Positions 46,593 through 56,664 of a stretch of 64,000 nucleotides of DNA are shown here, in pieces (the first letter of the stretch is position 1; each line of letters opens with the position of its first letter). The position numbers and the translations under genes are program-made. The notes beneath the pieces are model-generated. The model was given only the letters and a program-made list of their open reading frames with translations. It had not been told where the DNA came from and did no database searches. The stretch comes from Nitrospirota bacterium (GTDB lineage: Bacteria > Nitrospirota > UBA9217): NCBI GenBank assembly GCA_029858565.1, contig JAOUEV010000006.1:32001-96000 (forward strand), given 5' to 3'.

Positions 46593-48650
46593 CTAGTAGC
46601 ACACGAAGTCTTTGTCCTTCCCGTCACCCTTGTCGTGGCCGGTGCGGCCTGGCTGTCCGAGGTGGATCTCCACACCCGCGGCTGGCGGGGTCTGCGGGAC
46701 CGACGCCTTGGCCGTTTTTACTGCGGCATGGGCCAGGTTGGCGACAGGCGCTTTATGCTCATGCCGTGCCGGGATCGTCGCTTTTGGCGCGATCTTCCTG
46801 CCGCTCCGTTCGGCGGCCTCCACCTTGAAGAATGATATGGTTTCCTTGAGCTGCTCGGCCTGGGAAGAAAGCTCTTCCGACGTCGAGGACATTTCCTCGG
46901 CCGCGCCCGCGTTCTGCTGGACCACCTGGTTCAACTGCTGGATGGAACCGTTGATCTGGTCCGCGCCGCTGGCCTGCTCCTTGCTCGCGGCGCTGATCTC
47001 CTGCACCAGTTCCGCGGTCTTCTGGATGTCGGGCACCAGTTTCGTCAGCATGGCCCCGGCCCGCTCCGAAACACCGACGCTCGACGCGGAGAGCTTGCTG
47101 ATCTCCCCGGCGGCCGTCTGGCTGCGCTCGGCGAGCTTGCGCACTTCCGCCGCCACCACGGCGAAGCCCTTGCCGTGTTCGCCTGCCCGGGCTGCTTCGA
47201 TAGCCGCGTTCAGGGCGAGCAGGTTCGTCTGGCGGGCGATTTCCTCGATGATGGAGATCCTGCTTGCGATGTCTTTCATGGCGGCCATGGCCTCGTTCAC
47301 CGCCTTGCCGCTCTCGATCGCGTCGGCCGCGGACTTGAGGGCGATCTTCTCCGTCTGCATGGCGTTGTCCGCGTTCTGGCGGATCGTGGCGTTCATCTCC
47401 TCGATGGACGAGGACGCCTGCTCGGTGGAAGCAGCCTGTTCGGTGGCGCCCTGGGACATCTGTTCCGCGCCCGAGGAGAGTTGCTGGCTGCCGCTCGACA
47501 CGTTGTCCGCAGCGGTCATGACGTCGCCTACGACGCTCCGGAGCTGGTCGAGCATCGCTGCGAGCGATTTGCCGAGAATGTCCTTGTCCGAAAGGACCAT
47601 CACATTCCCCCGTAGTTCGCCGCCGGCTATCGCCTCGGCAGCCTGGGCAAGCGCCCGGAGGTTCTGGACCGCCTTGTTCAGGCTGGCGACGATCCTGGCG
47701 ATCTCGTCCTGGCGCTCGGCAACCACCTCGATCGAAAGGTCTCCTTCGCTGAAGGCATCGAGCTTGCTGACCAGCAGGGCAACCTGACGCTGGAGATAGT
47801 CGCGCTGCTCGTCCGCCTCCTGCTGGAGTCGCTTGACTTCCGTAATGTCGATGACCACCTCCATGCCGCCGTAGGGTTTGCCCTGCTCATCGAGGAGCGG
47901 CGAACAGGCGGCCTGCACCGGGATCTTCTTGCCGGACCTGGATTCGGCCACTGTCTCGCCGATGATCGCCTGGCCCGTGCGGAAACAGTTCTTAAGCGTG
48001 CAGTTGTCCGTGCCGCAGAGGGGCGTTCTGCAGAGCTGGGCGCAGGTCATTTTGCCCACGACCTCTTCCCGCCGGTATCCCATGGCGTTCAGGGCAGCGT
48101 CGTTGATCGACTTGATCAGCAGGTCGCGGTCGGTAACGAACATCGGCGCCGCGATGGACCTGAGGATGTTGTCGATTTCCCACTTGGCACGCACCACGTC
48201 GGTCTGGTCGATGATCACTTCCATGCCGCCGTAGATGTTCCCCTGGGCGTCCTTGAGGGGGGAGCAGGCGGCCTTGATGGGGATTTTTTTGCCGTCCCGC
48301 GTCTCCGCCACGGTTTCGCCGATGATCGTGTTGCCCGTGCGCATGCAGTTCTTGAGCGTGCAGTTGTCCGTGCCGCAGAGCGGGGTCTTCGCCAGCTGGG
48401 CGCAGGTCATCTTCCCGATCACTTCATCGCGCTGGTAACCCAGGGCCTTGAGGGCCGCATCATTGATCGCGGTGATCATCAGGTCCCGGTCGACCACGTA
48501 GATCGGCGCCGCGCTGAAGGTCAGGACCGAATCAGAGCGGATGCTCTTCCAGTGATTGTCGACGCGGTTTATTGCCGAAAGAGGCTTGCGCTTTCGGTGG
48601 CTGCTATGACCGTTCGCTTTCTTGTCCGCTGTCTTCAACAATGCTTTCAT
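46593..48650 (-). CDS. Cytoplasmic MCP with two Cys-rich PAS domains and HAMP
   Basis: No TM segment; duplicated PAS with [22 protein letters not shown]; signalling domain [26 protein letters not shown]; RBS AGGAGG. Confidence 0.95.
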   Translation of the reverse strand: MKALLKTADKKANGHSSHRKRKPLSAINRVDNHWKSIRSDSVLTFSAAPIYVVDRDLMITAINDAALKALGYQRDEVIGKMTCAQLAKTPLCGTDNCTLKNCMRTGNTIIGETVAETRDGKKIPIKAACSPLKDAQGNIYGGMEVIIDQTDVVRAKWEIDNILRSIAAPMFVTDRDLLIKSINDAALNAMGYRREEVVGKMTCAQLCRTPLCGTDNCTLKNCFRTGQAIIGETVAESRSGKKIPVQAACSPLLDEQGKPYGGMEVVIDITEVKRLQQEADEQRDYLQRQVALLVSKLDAFSEGDLSIEVVAERQDEIARIVASLNKAVQNLRALAQAAEAIAGGELRGNVMVLSDKDILGKSLAAMLDQLRSVVGDVMTAADNVSSGSQQLSSGAEQMSQGATEQAASTEQASSSIEEMNATIRQNADNAMQTEKIALKSAADAIESGKAVNEAMAAMKDIASRISIIEEIARQTNLLALNAAIEAARAGEHGKGFAVVAAEVRKLAERSQTAAGEISKLSASSVGVSERAGAMLTKLVPDIQKTAELVQEISAASKEQASGADQINGSIQQLNQVVQQNAGAAEEMSSTSEELSSQAEQLKETISFFKVEAAERSGRKIAPKATIPARHEHKAPVANLAHAAVKTAKASVPQTPPAAGVEIHLGQPGRTGHDKGDGKDKDFVCY

Positions 48651-48719
48651 GATGAACCTCCTGATATTGTAATAGTGCTGTTTATCGACGACGAACATCC
48701 TGCGGAGTTTTCTGTCCGC

Positions 48720-49055
48720 TCATCGCATCCTCCATACACATCCTTCATCCGTTTCAATGCCGCATCCCGCACAGGGGGCGTACGAGTCCTTCGCGGCTCT
48801 GAGGAACAGGTCCGGGCTCGGGCCGGCGACGACAAAATCCTTGTGCTTCGTTCGCGACAGCCGGTAGGCGGCGCACAGGATCTTCACGCAGTCCGGATCA
48901 ACCGCGGTCACCTGCTCGCAGTCCACGATCAGCCGTCCTGTGCGGTCCAGCGCGCGGCGAAGGTAGATCTTGAGCGTCTCGGCATAGTGGCGGGAAAGGT
49001 TCACCGGGAGCGTCAGCACCGCGACCGCGCCTGTGTCCTTCACCTCGAAATCCAT
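48720..49055 (-). CDS. STAS-like protein with Cys-rich tail
   Basis: VLTLPVNL...LIVDCEQVTAVD..CVKILCAAYR; C-terminal CAGC...CVW; RBS GGAGG. Confidence 0.8.
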   Translation of the reverse strand: MDFEVKDTGAVAVLTLPVNLSRHYAETLKIYLRRALDRTGRLIVDCEQVTAVDPDCVKILCAAYRLSRTKHKDFVVAGPSPDLFLRAAKDSYAPCAGCGIETDEGCVWRMR

Positions 49056-49179
49056 GTCCAGCCTCCTTTCGCCTCAGGCATGAGGACCATGGAGTATTGA
49101 TAGCAGTACTCGGGAGGGTTTGTCTATCGGTATGAATACGTAGCCCATAAGTACCCGGCGAAAACTGCCGGCGATACGC

Positions 49180-49195
49180 TGCATTCATCATGCCA
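49180..49195 (-). promoter_or_regulatory. Candidate sigma54 (-24/-12) promoter for the minus-strand chemosensory cassette
   Basis: Minus strand TGGCATGATGAATGCA gives GG-N10-GC spacing, about 125 nt upstream of the STAS gene. Confidence 0.5.
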
Positions 49196-49867
49196 AGCGA
49201 GCTTGTGCATTATTCAGCGAGTCCCCGCAACCGAATGGCGCACCTGTGCACTGTTGCACCAGGATTCATCCAGGCGTACGGCACCGGCGGTAACATTGAG
49301 CAGGAAACGCAGGTAGCGCGGAAGCTGTGGGATAAAATCAATGGAGATGATGTAGCCGATGAGATTATCAGTAAAATTGCGTAGACGACAAATAGATGAT
49401 CGCGAAGACGACCGTAAACAACGCGGTATCCAGGTGAGATCAGTATGTTCAGTGCGGTGAATACACAGTATCCCTTTATGATACACAGCAAGCTTGTTGC
49501 CGCGCGTCAAGAGGCCCCTCTGCGGCGAGACGTTCCGGATCATCGTGGGTGGAACAGCTTGCGTCGTGGTATGCGTAGGGCATTCGTGAGCAGGCGCTAA
49601 AAAAGAAAACAAAAAGATCAGCACGGACCTCGATGGTCAGCAGAGAAATTATGACAGAGATCGCCGGTGACATGAGCATATTTCAGAAGGGTATTTTTCG
49701 GGTATATAGCAAAGAGATAAAGTCTGGATTCCATCGGGATAACAAGAAGTTAAGTGTGCTCAAACAGCCATTTCCGTAAAAGCTGTTCTTTCGTGGCATT
49801 GATACATTATTCTTTACATCGCCGAAAGGCTCTCCTTAATATGCAGCCTGTTCAAAGGGGGCCGGGT

Positions 49868-50893
49868 TTGAAAGCGCTTTACTACGATGAGTTCAAGGGG
49901 CACCGGGGCATCAAGATGGGTGAGTTCCCCGTTCCCGAGATAGCGGAGAACGAGGTCCTCGTGCAGGTCAAGGCTTTCTCCCTGAACCACCTTGACGTTT
50001 GGGTGATGGAGGGAAAATACCCCGTACCGGTCACCCTGCCGCACACTTTCGGCTCCGATTCCGCGGGGATCGTGGTGAAGGCCGGCAAGCTGGTGACCCA
50101 TGTAGCCCCGGGCGATGAGGTGATCATCTATCCGGGCCTGTCCTGCGGCAAATGCATACGCTGCTGTTCGGGCAGGGACAATGAATGCAAGGACTTCTCG
50201 CTTCTCGGCGTCCTGTCGAACGGCGTGTCGGCGGAATACGTGAAAGCTTCCGGCCACAATATCTTCAAGAAACCTCAGGGCCTTTCCTTTGCCGAAGCCG
50301 CGGGCATCGGCATCACCTACACGACCTCCTGGAACTCGCTCATCCTCCGCGCCGGCATCCAGTACGGCGATACGGTGCTTGTCCATGCCGCGGGCAGCGG
50401 GGTCGGCACGGCCCTTATCCAGACAGCGCGGCTCTTCGGCGCCACGGTCATCGCAACGGTGGGCGACGACTGGAAGATCGAGCGTGCCCGGGAGCTTGGC
50501 GCGGACCATGTGATCAACCATACCCGGGAGGATTTCGTCGAGGCGGTCCGCAATTACACCTCCGGCGAACTGGCTGATATCGTGATCGATCATGTGGGCG
50601 CGGCAACGTTCAGCAAATCCCTTGCCGCCACGAAGCGGGGCGGCCGCGTTGTTACCTTCGGCGCCACGACCGGGGATGAGGCATCGGTGAGCCTTCGCCA
50701 CATCTTCGGAAAGAACATGACCATTCACGGCGTATATGTCGGCCCCCGGTCGTCGGTCTGCCAGTATCTCCGCCTGTTTCCCCGCAAGCTCAAGACGGTC
50801 GTGGACTCGGTGTTCGATTTCGAGAATGCAGCCGGCGCCTACGAAAAGCTGCTCTCCCGCCGGTTCTTCGGCAAGATCGTCGTGCAGGTCTGA
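49868..50893 (+). CDS. Zinc-binding MDR-family oxidoreductase
   Basis: SLNHLD, GSDSAG, CGKCIRC...EC, HAAGSGVG, FFGKIVV; TTG start inferred. Confidence 0.9.
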   Translation: MKALYYDEFKGHRGIKMGEFPVPEIAENEVLVQVKAFSLNHLDVWVMEGKYPVPVTLPHTFGSDSAGIVVKAGKLVTHVAPGDEVIIYPGLSCGKCIRCCSGRDNECKDFSLLGVLSNGVSAEYVKASGHNIFKKPQGLSFAEAAGIGITYTTSWNSLILRAGIQYGDTVLVHAAGSGVGTALIQTARLFGATVIATVGDDWKIERARELGADHVINHTREDFVEAVRNYTSGELADIVIDHVGAATFSKSLAATKRGGRVVTFGATTGDEASVSLRHIFGKNMTIHGVYVGPRSSVCQYLRLFPRKLKTVVDSVFDFENAAGAYEKLLSRRFFGKIVVQV

Positions 50894-51063
50894 CGACCCG
50901 GATCCTTTTCGTCCCGCTCGCTATTCCCCCTTTTCCCAGATTATCGGCCCGCAGTGATCTCCGTCTGTTCCCGAAATGACCTTGCGGACCTCCGCTCTTT
51001 ATGAAATAATATAGCTGTGCGTTGCGAGATGCTTGTCCCTCATCCGCACGGGAGGTCCGCGCC

Positions 51064-53553
51064 TTGAAAACGAACGACCAGAGCGAATACCGCTACAACT
51101 TCCACGGTCTCGACAGGGAATCCCTGAAGCGGTCGCTCGTGAACCTGCTGGTCTACACCATGGGCAAGGACCATATAACGGCCACGCACCGCGACTGGTT
51201 CCATACGACCGCCTATGCCGTGCGCGAACGGCTCATCGAGCGCTGGATGGAGACCATGCGCAGCTACTACCGCGCCGATGCCAAACGCGTGTACTATCTT
51301 TCCCTCGAGTTCCTGACCGGCAGGCTGCTCTCGAACAGCCTCTTGAACCTGGGGATCTACGACGCCTGCTGCGGCGCTCTCGCCGACCTGGACCTGGACA
51401 TCAACCGCATCACGGAGTTGGAGAACGACGCGGCTCTGGGGAATGGGGGGCTCGGCAGGCTCGCGGCCTGCTTCCTCGACTCCCTGGCAACACTCGGCAT
51501 CCCGGGCTACGGCTACGGCATCCGGTACGAATACGGCATGTTCACCCAGCGGATCGAGAACGGCTGGCAGGTGGAGCATCCGGACAACTGGCTGCGGTAC
51601 GGCAATCCCTGGGAGTTCCCGCGTCCCGAGGTCCTCTATCCCGTGCACTTCGGTGGCCGCGTGGTGGAATACAGGGATGACCACGGCCGGCTGCGCCACC
51701 ACTGGGTGGAGACCGAGGATGTGATGGCCATGGCCTTTGATACGCCCGTGCCGGGGTACGGCACGGAAACGGTGAACAATATGCGGCTCTGGTCGGCAAA
51801 GGCATCGCGCGATTTCAACCTCAAGTACTTCAATGAAGGGAACTATATCCAGGCGGTCGCGGAGAAGAACGAGTCCGAGAATCTTTCAAAGGTGCTCTAT
51901 CCCGACGACACCACGATCATGGGCAGGGAGCTCCGGCTCAAGCAGCAGTATTTCTTTGTCAGCGCGTCGCTCCAGGACATCCTGCGCAGGTTCACCAAGT
52001 ATCACGCCGATCTCGATGAGCTGCCGGACGAGGTGGCGATCCAGCTGAACGACACCCATCCCTCGATCGCCATCCCGGAGCTCATGCGCATCCTGGTGGA
52101 CACGCACCACCTGGACTGGGACCGCGCATGGAAGATCACGCAGGGAACCTTCTCCTATACCAACCACACGCTCATGCCTGAGGCGCTCGAGACCTGGCCC
52201 GTGGACCTGTTCAGCGAGATCCTGCCCCGCCATCTCCAGATCATCTATGAGATCAACCGCCGCTTCCTTGACGACGTGCGGCATCGCTTTCCGGGCGACG
52301 TGGAGCTTGTCCGCCGCATGTCGCTGATCGACGAGACCGGCGGCAAGCGTGTGCGCATGGCGAACCTCTCCATCGTGGGCAGCCACGCAGTGAACGGGGT
52401 GTCGCGCATTCATACGGACCTGATGAAGGAGACCATCTTTTCCGACTTTGAGGGGTTCTTTCCGGGCAAGATAATCAACATTACGAACGGCATCACCCCG
52501 CGGCGGTGGCTCCACCAGGCCAATCCCGACCTGTCAAAGCTCATCACCTCGCGGCTCGGCGAGTGCTGGCTCAAGGACCTGTCGTGTCTCGCCAACCTCC
52601 GGCCGCTGGCCGAGGACGGGTCGTTCCGGCAGGAGTTCCGGGACGTGAAGCATGCGAACAAGCAGCGCCTTGCCGAAAGCATCAGCGCCTGGGTCAAGGT
52701 CGCGGTGAACCCCGACTCGCTCTTCGATGTCCAGACCAAACGCATCCACGAGTACAAGCGCCAGCTGCTGAACATTCTGCATGTGATAACGCGGTACAAC
52801 CGGATCCGCGAGGGCCGGACGCAGGGCATGGCGCCGCGAACGGTGATCATCGGCGGAAAGGCCGCGCCGGGCTACTATATGGCCAAGCTGGTCATACGGC
52901 TCATCCACGGCGTGGCCGACGTGGTGAACAATGATCCCCAGGTGGGCGACCGGCTGAAGCTGGTGTTCCTGCCGAACTACAACGTCTCGAATGCCGAGAA
53001 GATCATCCCGGCCGCGTGTCTCTCCGAGCAGATCTCCACCGCAGGCACCGAAGCTTCAGGCACGGGCAACATGAAGTTCGCGCTGAACGGAGCGCTCACC
53101 ATCGGCACCCTCGACGGCGCGAACGTGGAAATGCGAGAAGAGGTGGGGGCGGAGAACTTCTTCATCTTCGGCCTCACCGCGGACCAGGTCGCCGAGGTGC
53201 GGGCGCAGGGCTACAATCCCTGGCATTACTACAACAGGAACGAAGAGCTCCGGAAAGCCCTCGACATGATCTTTGCGGGCTATTTCTCGCCTGATGAAAC
53301 GCACCGCTTCCGGCCGATCGTGGACGCGCTCACCGGGAACGGCGACCACTATCTCCTGCTGGCGGATTATGAGTCGTACATTGCCTGCCAGGAGCGTGTG
53401 GACGCGCTGTTCCGGGACCAGGAGGAGTGGTCCCGCCGCGCGGTCCTGAATGTGGCGGGCATGGGCAAGTTCTCCAGTGACCGGAGCATTCAGGAGTACG
53501 CGGAGAAGATCTGGAATGTGCAGCCGGTGAAGCGGGAGAAGAGGGAAAAGTGA
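51064..53553 (+). CDS. glgP: Glycogen/starch phosphorylase
   Basis: LGNGGLGRLAAC, QLNDTHP, YTNHT, KRIHEYKRQ, EASGTGNMKF, FSSDRSIQEY; RBS GGAGG before TTG. Confidence 0.97.
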   Translation: MKTNDQSEYRYNFHGLDRESLKRSLVNLLVYTMGKDHITATHRDWFHTTAYAVRERLIERWMETMRSYYRADAKRVYYLSLEFLTGRLLSNSLLNLGIYDACCGALADLDLDINRITELENDAALGNGGLGRLAACFLDSLATLGIPGYGYGIRYEYGMFTQRIENGWQVEHPDNWLRYGNPWEFPRPEVLYPVHFGGRVVEYRDDHGRLRHHWVETEDVMAMAFDTPVPGYGTETVNNMRLWSAKASRDFNLKYFNEGNYIQAVAEKNESENLSKVLYPDDTTIMGRELRLKQQYFFVSASLQDILRRFTKYHADLDELPDEVAIQLNDTHPSIAIPELMRILVDTHHLDWDRAWKITQGTFSYTNHTLMPEALETWPVDLFSEILPRHLQIIYEINRRFLDDVRHRFPGDVELVRRMSLIDETGGKRVRMANLSIVGSHAVNGVSRIHTDLMKETIFSDFEGFFPGKIINITNGITPRRWLHQANPDLSKLITSRLGECWLKDLSCLANLRPLAEDGSFRQEFRDVKHANKQRLAESISAWVKVAVNPDSLFDVQTKRIHEYKRQLLNILHVITRYNRIREGRTQGMAPRTVIIGGKAAPGYYMAKLVIRLIHGVADVVNNDPQVGDRLKLVFLPNYNVSNAEKIIPAACLSEQISTAGTEASGTGNMKFALNGALTIGTLDGANVEMREEVGAENFFIFGLTADQVAEVRAQGYNPWHYYNRNEELRKALDMIFAGYFSPDETHRFRPIVDALTGNGDHYLLLADYESYIACQERVDALFRDQEEWSRRAVLNVAGMGKFSSDRSIQEYAEKIWNVQPVKREKREK

Positions 53554-53554
53554 T

Positions 53555-53791
53555 TTGAAGAGCAGCCGGTCGCTGATCATTGCCGGAGCCGCGATCATCA
53601 CAGCGCTGGTTTATCTGTCAGCCACGGGGAGGAAGCCGCCGTTCATTCCCGAAGACACTGTTCATCGTATCGCGACGACCCAGGAGGCCTGTCTCGCATG
53701 TCACGCGGGCGGCAAACAATCACCGCTAGAGCCGAACCATCCCCCACGTGTTCGCGATATATCCTTCGCTATTACAGCCCGACAGGTGTAG
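53555..53791 (+). CDS. Small membrane-anchored c-type cytochrome (one CxxCH), possibly degenerate at the 3' end
   Basis: N-terminal hydrophobic helix, PPFIPEDTVH, CLACH, PLEPNHPP. Confidence 0.6.
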   Translation: MKSSRSLIIAGAAIITALVYLSATGRKPPFIPEDTVHRIATTQEACLACHAGGKQSPLEPNHPPRVRDISFAITARQV

Positions 53792-53839
53792 TCTGCAGAG
53801 TTACAGCGGTCATTGCAATCAGAATAGGGCTTCTCCTCC

Positions 53840-54808
53840 ATGCCATTAATACCAGGTTCCTCCTATTGCCCGCCGTACCTGTTCAACAACGGCCACCTTC
53901 AAACCATCTATCCCTCTCTTGCGCGCAGACTCTCGCCGGAGCTGTATTCGCGCGAGCGGATCACGACTTCTGACGATGATTTCCTCGATCTGGATTGGGC
54001 GCGGACAGACAGCGACTCCCTGGCAATCCTGTCGCACGGCCTTGAAGGCAGCTCCTATCGTCCCTACATGATCGGCATGGCAAGAGCGCTGAATCTCCAT
54101 GGCTGGGACGCGCTGGCATGGAACTATCGCTCCTGTTCGGGCGAGATCAACCGCAGGCTGCGCATGTACCACAACGGTTCGATCGATGATCTTGATGCGG
54201 TCATCCGGCACGCCTTCTCGACGGACAGGTACCGCCGGGTCGCTTTGATCGGCTTTAGCCTCGGCGGCAACCTGACGCTGATGTATCTCGGCTCGCTCGG
54301 AACAGCGATCGATCACCGGATAGAAAGCGCAGCAGCATTCTCCGTTCCCTGCGACTTGGCGGCAGGGGCCCGGGAGCTGGCAAAGCCGCGGAACTGCTTT
54401 TACATGCAGCAGTTCCTGGTCTCTCTCCACGGGAAGATCAGAAAAAAAATGGAGCTGCTTCCCGGTGAGATCGATGATAAGGATTACCACCGCATCAGGA
54501 ACTTCAAGGAGTTCGACGACCGCTACACCGCGCCGATCCATGGATTCAAGAACGCCGAGGACTACTGGGCAAAGTGCAGCTGCAAGCAGTTCATCCCGTC
54601 GATCACGATCCCGACCCTGATCGTGAACAGTCGTGACGATCCCTTCCTTGTTGACGGGTGCTATCCTGTGCTGGAGGCGGAGCGGAACCGCTTTGTGCAC
54701 CTGGAAATGCCGCGACACGGCGGTCATGTGGGGTTCGTTCAGTTCGATCACAAGGGAACCTACTGGTCGGAACAGCGGGCGATGGAATTTCTTGCGCAGG
54801 AGTTGTAA
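53840..54808 (+). CDS. YheT-like alpha/beta hydrolase
   Basis: HLQTI, HGLEGSS, GFSLGGN, DDPF, GGHVGF. Confidence 0.92.
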   Translation: MPLIPGSSYCPPYLFNNGHLQTIYPSLARRLSPELYSRERITTSDDDFLDLDWARTDSDSLAILSHGLEGSSYRPYMIGMARALNLHGWDALAWNYRSCSGEINRRLRMYHNGSIDDLDAVIRHAFSTDRYRRVALIGFSLGGNLTLMYLGSLGTAIDHRIESAAAFSVPCDLAAGARELAKPRNCFYMQQFLVSLHGKIRKKMELLPGEIDDKDYHRIRNFKEFDDRYTAPIHGFKNAEDYWAKCSCKQFIPSITIPTLIVNSRDDPFLVDGCYPVLEAERNRFVHLEMPRHGGHVGFVQFDHKGTYWSEQRAMEFLAQEL

Positions 54809-54974
54809 GATTGTTCAAGAAAAACACCTGTTCAGCGGCGATCCTCGCACGAAGCAACGAAGTCACGAAGAGAACCGCGGGAAACTAAAACAACTATTTT
54901 TTCGAGCCCCCGTGTCTTCGTGAGAGAGATGGGTTTTCCGGGGTCGGTTAAAAATCACAGAATTGGAGCTTGGC

Positions 54975-55613
54975 ATGTTCGTCAAATACCTCAACATCGG
55001 ACTCCCGAAAAAGGAGCTCTTCCACGGCAAGGAATTCACCACCGGCATATGCAAGAAGCCGGTTGCAGGACCGCTCCTGCTTTCCCGGACCGGCTTCATT
55101 GGCGACGGTGTCGGCGACCTCAGATATCATGGCGGTAGCGACAAGGCGGTCTGCGTCTACAGTCTTGACCACTATCCGTATTGGACCGCGACGCTCGGCA
55201 TCGCGCTGCCTGAGGCGGCGTTCGGCGAGAACCTGACGGTCACCGGCATGCTCGAGCCCGATATCTGTATCGGCGATACATTCCGCATCGGAAGCGCCGT
55301 GGTGCAGGTGAGCCAGCCGCGCCAGCCCTGCAGGACGCTTGCGGCGCGCTACGGCCGCGAGGACTTTGTGAAGCTCGTGGTGGAGTCCGGCAGGACGGGA
55401 TTCTATTTCCGGACGCTGACCGAAGGTGCGGTGAATGCGGACGATATGATCACATTGGTCCAGCGCGATCCTTTCGACGTAACGGTCGAGTTCGCAAACC
55501 ACATCTACCATCACGACCGCAGGAACCGGGAGGGTATCGAGCGGGTGCTTGCGGCGCCTGCCCTATCTGAATCCTGGCGGAAGTCTTTCCAGGAGCTTCG
55601 GGAAAAAATCTAG
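54975..55613 (+). CDS. MOSC-domain protein (YiiM-like)
   Basis: HGGSDKAV, FGENL, VSQPRQPC, RTGFYFR, 3-alpha tail LSESW. Confidence 0.92.
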   Translation: MFVKYLNIGLPKKELFHGKEFTTGICKKPVAGPLLLSRTGFIGDGVGDLRYHGGSDKAVCVYSLDHYPYWTATLGIALPEAAFGENLTVTGMLEPDICIGDTFRIGSAVVQVSQPRQPCRTLAARYGREDFVKLVVESGRTGFYFRTLTEGAVNADDMITLVQRDPFDVTVEFANHIYHHDRRNREGIERVLAAPALSESWRKSFQELREKI

Positions 55614-55806
55614 GATGAGGGAAAGATGTTCACCGCCAAGATGCGGGGAGCGCTAAGGACGTTAACACGAAGGACGTTGATACCGATATTTCCTCTGTAC
55701 AGATCCCCTGAAACATCTTGAAATCTGAGTTCCAGTGTGAAATAATGCGACGTCCAGCCGCATCGAGTCGGTCCGGAACTGTCCGCAGTGGTCTTCCAGG
55801 GGGTTC

Positions 55807-56616
55807 ATGTCCACTATTCTAGAAGCTGTCATCCTCGGCATTGTTCAGGGTCTGACGGAGTTCCTTCCGATCAGCAGTTCGGGCCATCTCATCCTTGCCC
55901 AGTGGGCCACGGGATGGGAAGGTGAGCTGATCAACAGTCTCACCTTCGATGTTGCGCTCCACGTGGGAACGCTCACCGCGGTGCTCTGGTACTTCTGGCG
56001 CGACTGGCTCCAGCTCGGGAAGGCGACGGTCAAGGCACTGCAGGGCAAGGCGCCGCAATATGAAGCGCGGCTGGTTTGGTACATCGGCCTGGCAACGATC
56101 CCCGCGGTCATTGCGGGGCTGACGCTCGAACGCACGATCGAGACGCTCTTCCGGAATCCCCTGCTGGTCGCTGCCGCGCTGGTCGTCGGTTCCGTACTGA
56201 TGTGGTATGCCGACAAATATTCAAAGCGCGAACGGTTCCTGGGAACCATGACGCTGCGTCACGCGCTGTTCGTGGGTGTTGCGCAGGCCTTTGCGCTGGT
56301 GCCCGGCGTGTCGCGGTCAGGCATCACGATCACCGCGGCCCTTGCCGCGGGTTACCGCCGCGAGGACGCTGCGCGCTTCTCCTTCCTGCTCTCGACGCCG
56401 GTGATCGCCGGTGCGGCGGTCCTGAAGCTCCGTCACCTGACGTTCCAGGGCCACGCGGCCTGGGGCTGCATCCTGGGAACGCTCGGCTCGGCAGTGGTAG
56501 GGTATCTTGCCATCCGGTTCCTGATCCGCTATCTCGGACGGCATTCCCTGGATGTCTTTGTGTGGTACCGCCTTGCGCTTGCAGCGCTGGTGGTCGTTTA
56601 CTGGTCCGTAAAATAG
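55807..56616 (+). CDS. uppP: Undecaprenyl-diphosphate phosphatase
   Basis: GIVQGLTEFLPISSSGHL, PGVSRSGITI, ARFSFLLS. Confidence 0.97.
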   Translation: MSTILEAVILGIVQGLTEFLPISSSGHLILAQWATGWEGELINSLTFDVALHVGTLTAVLWYFWRDWLQLGKATVKALQGKAPQYEARLVWYIGLATIPAVIAGLTLERTIETLFRNPLLVAAALVVGSVLMWYADKYSKRERFLGTMTLRHALFVGVAQAFALVPGVSRSGITITAALAAGYRREDAARFSFLLSTPVIAGAAVLKLRHLTFQGHAAWGCILGTLGSAVVGYLAIRFLIRYLGRHSLDVFVWYRLALAALVVVYWSVK

Positions 56617-56664
56617 CCGGACGTCAAAGGTTCTTGGCCCGGCTGCGCGGGGCAACGGAGGTCC

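Noticed and set aside
49190-49750. Short overlapping ORFs between the STAS gene and the oxidoreductase
   Set aside because: No RBS or motif support and conflicting frames; treated as a divergent promoter region.
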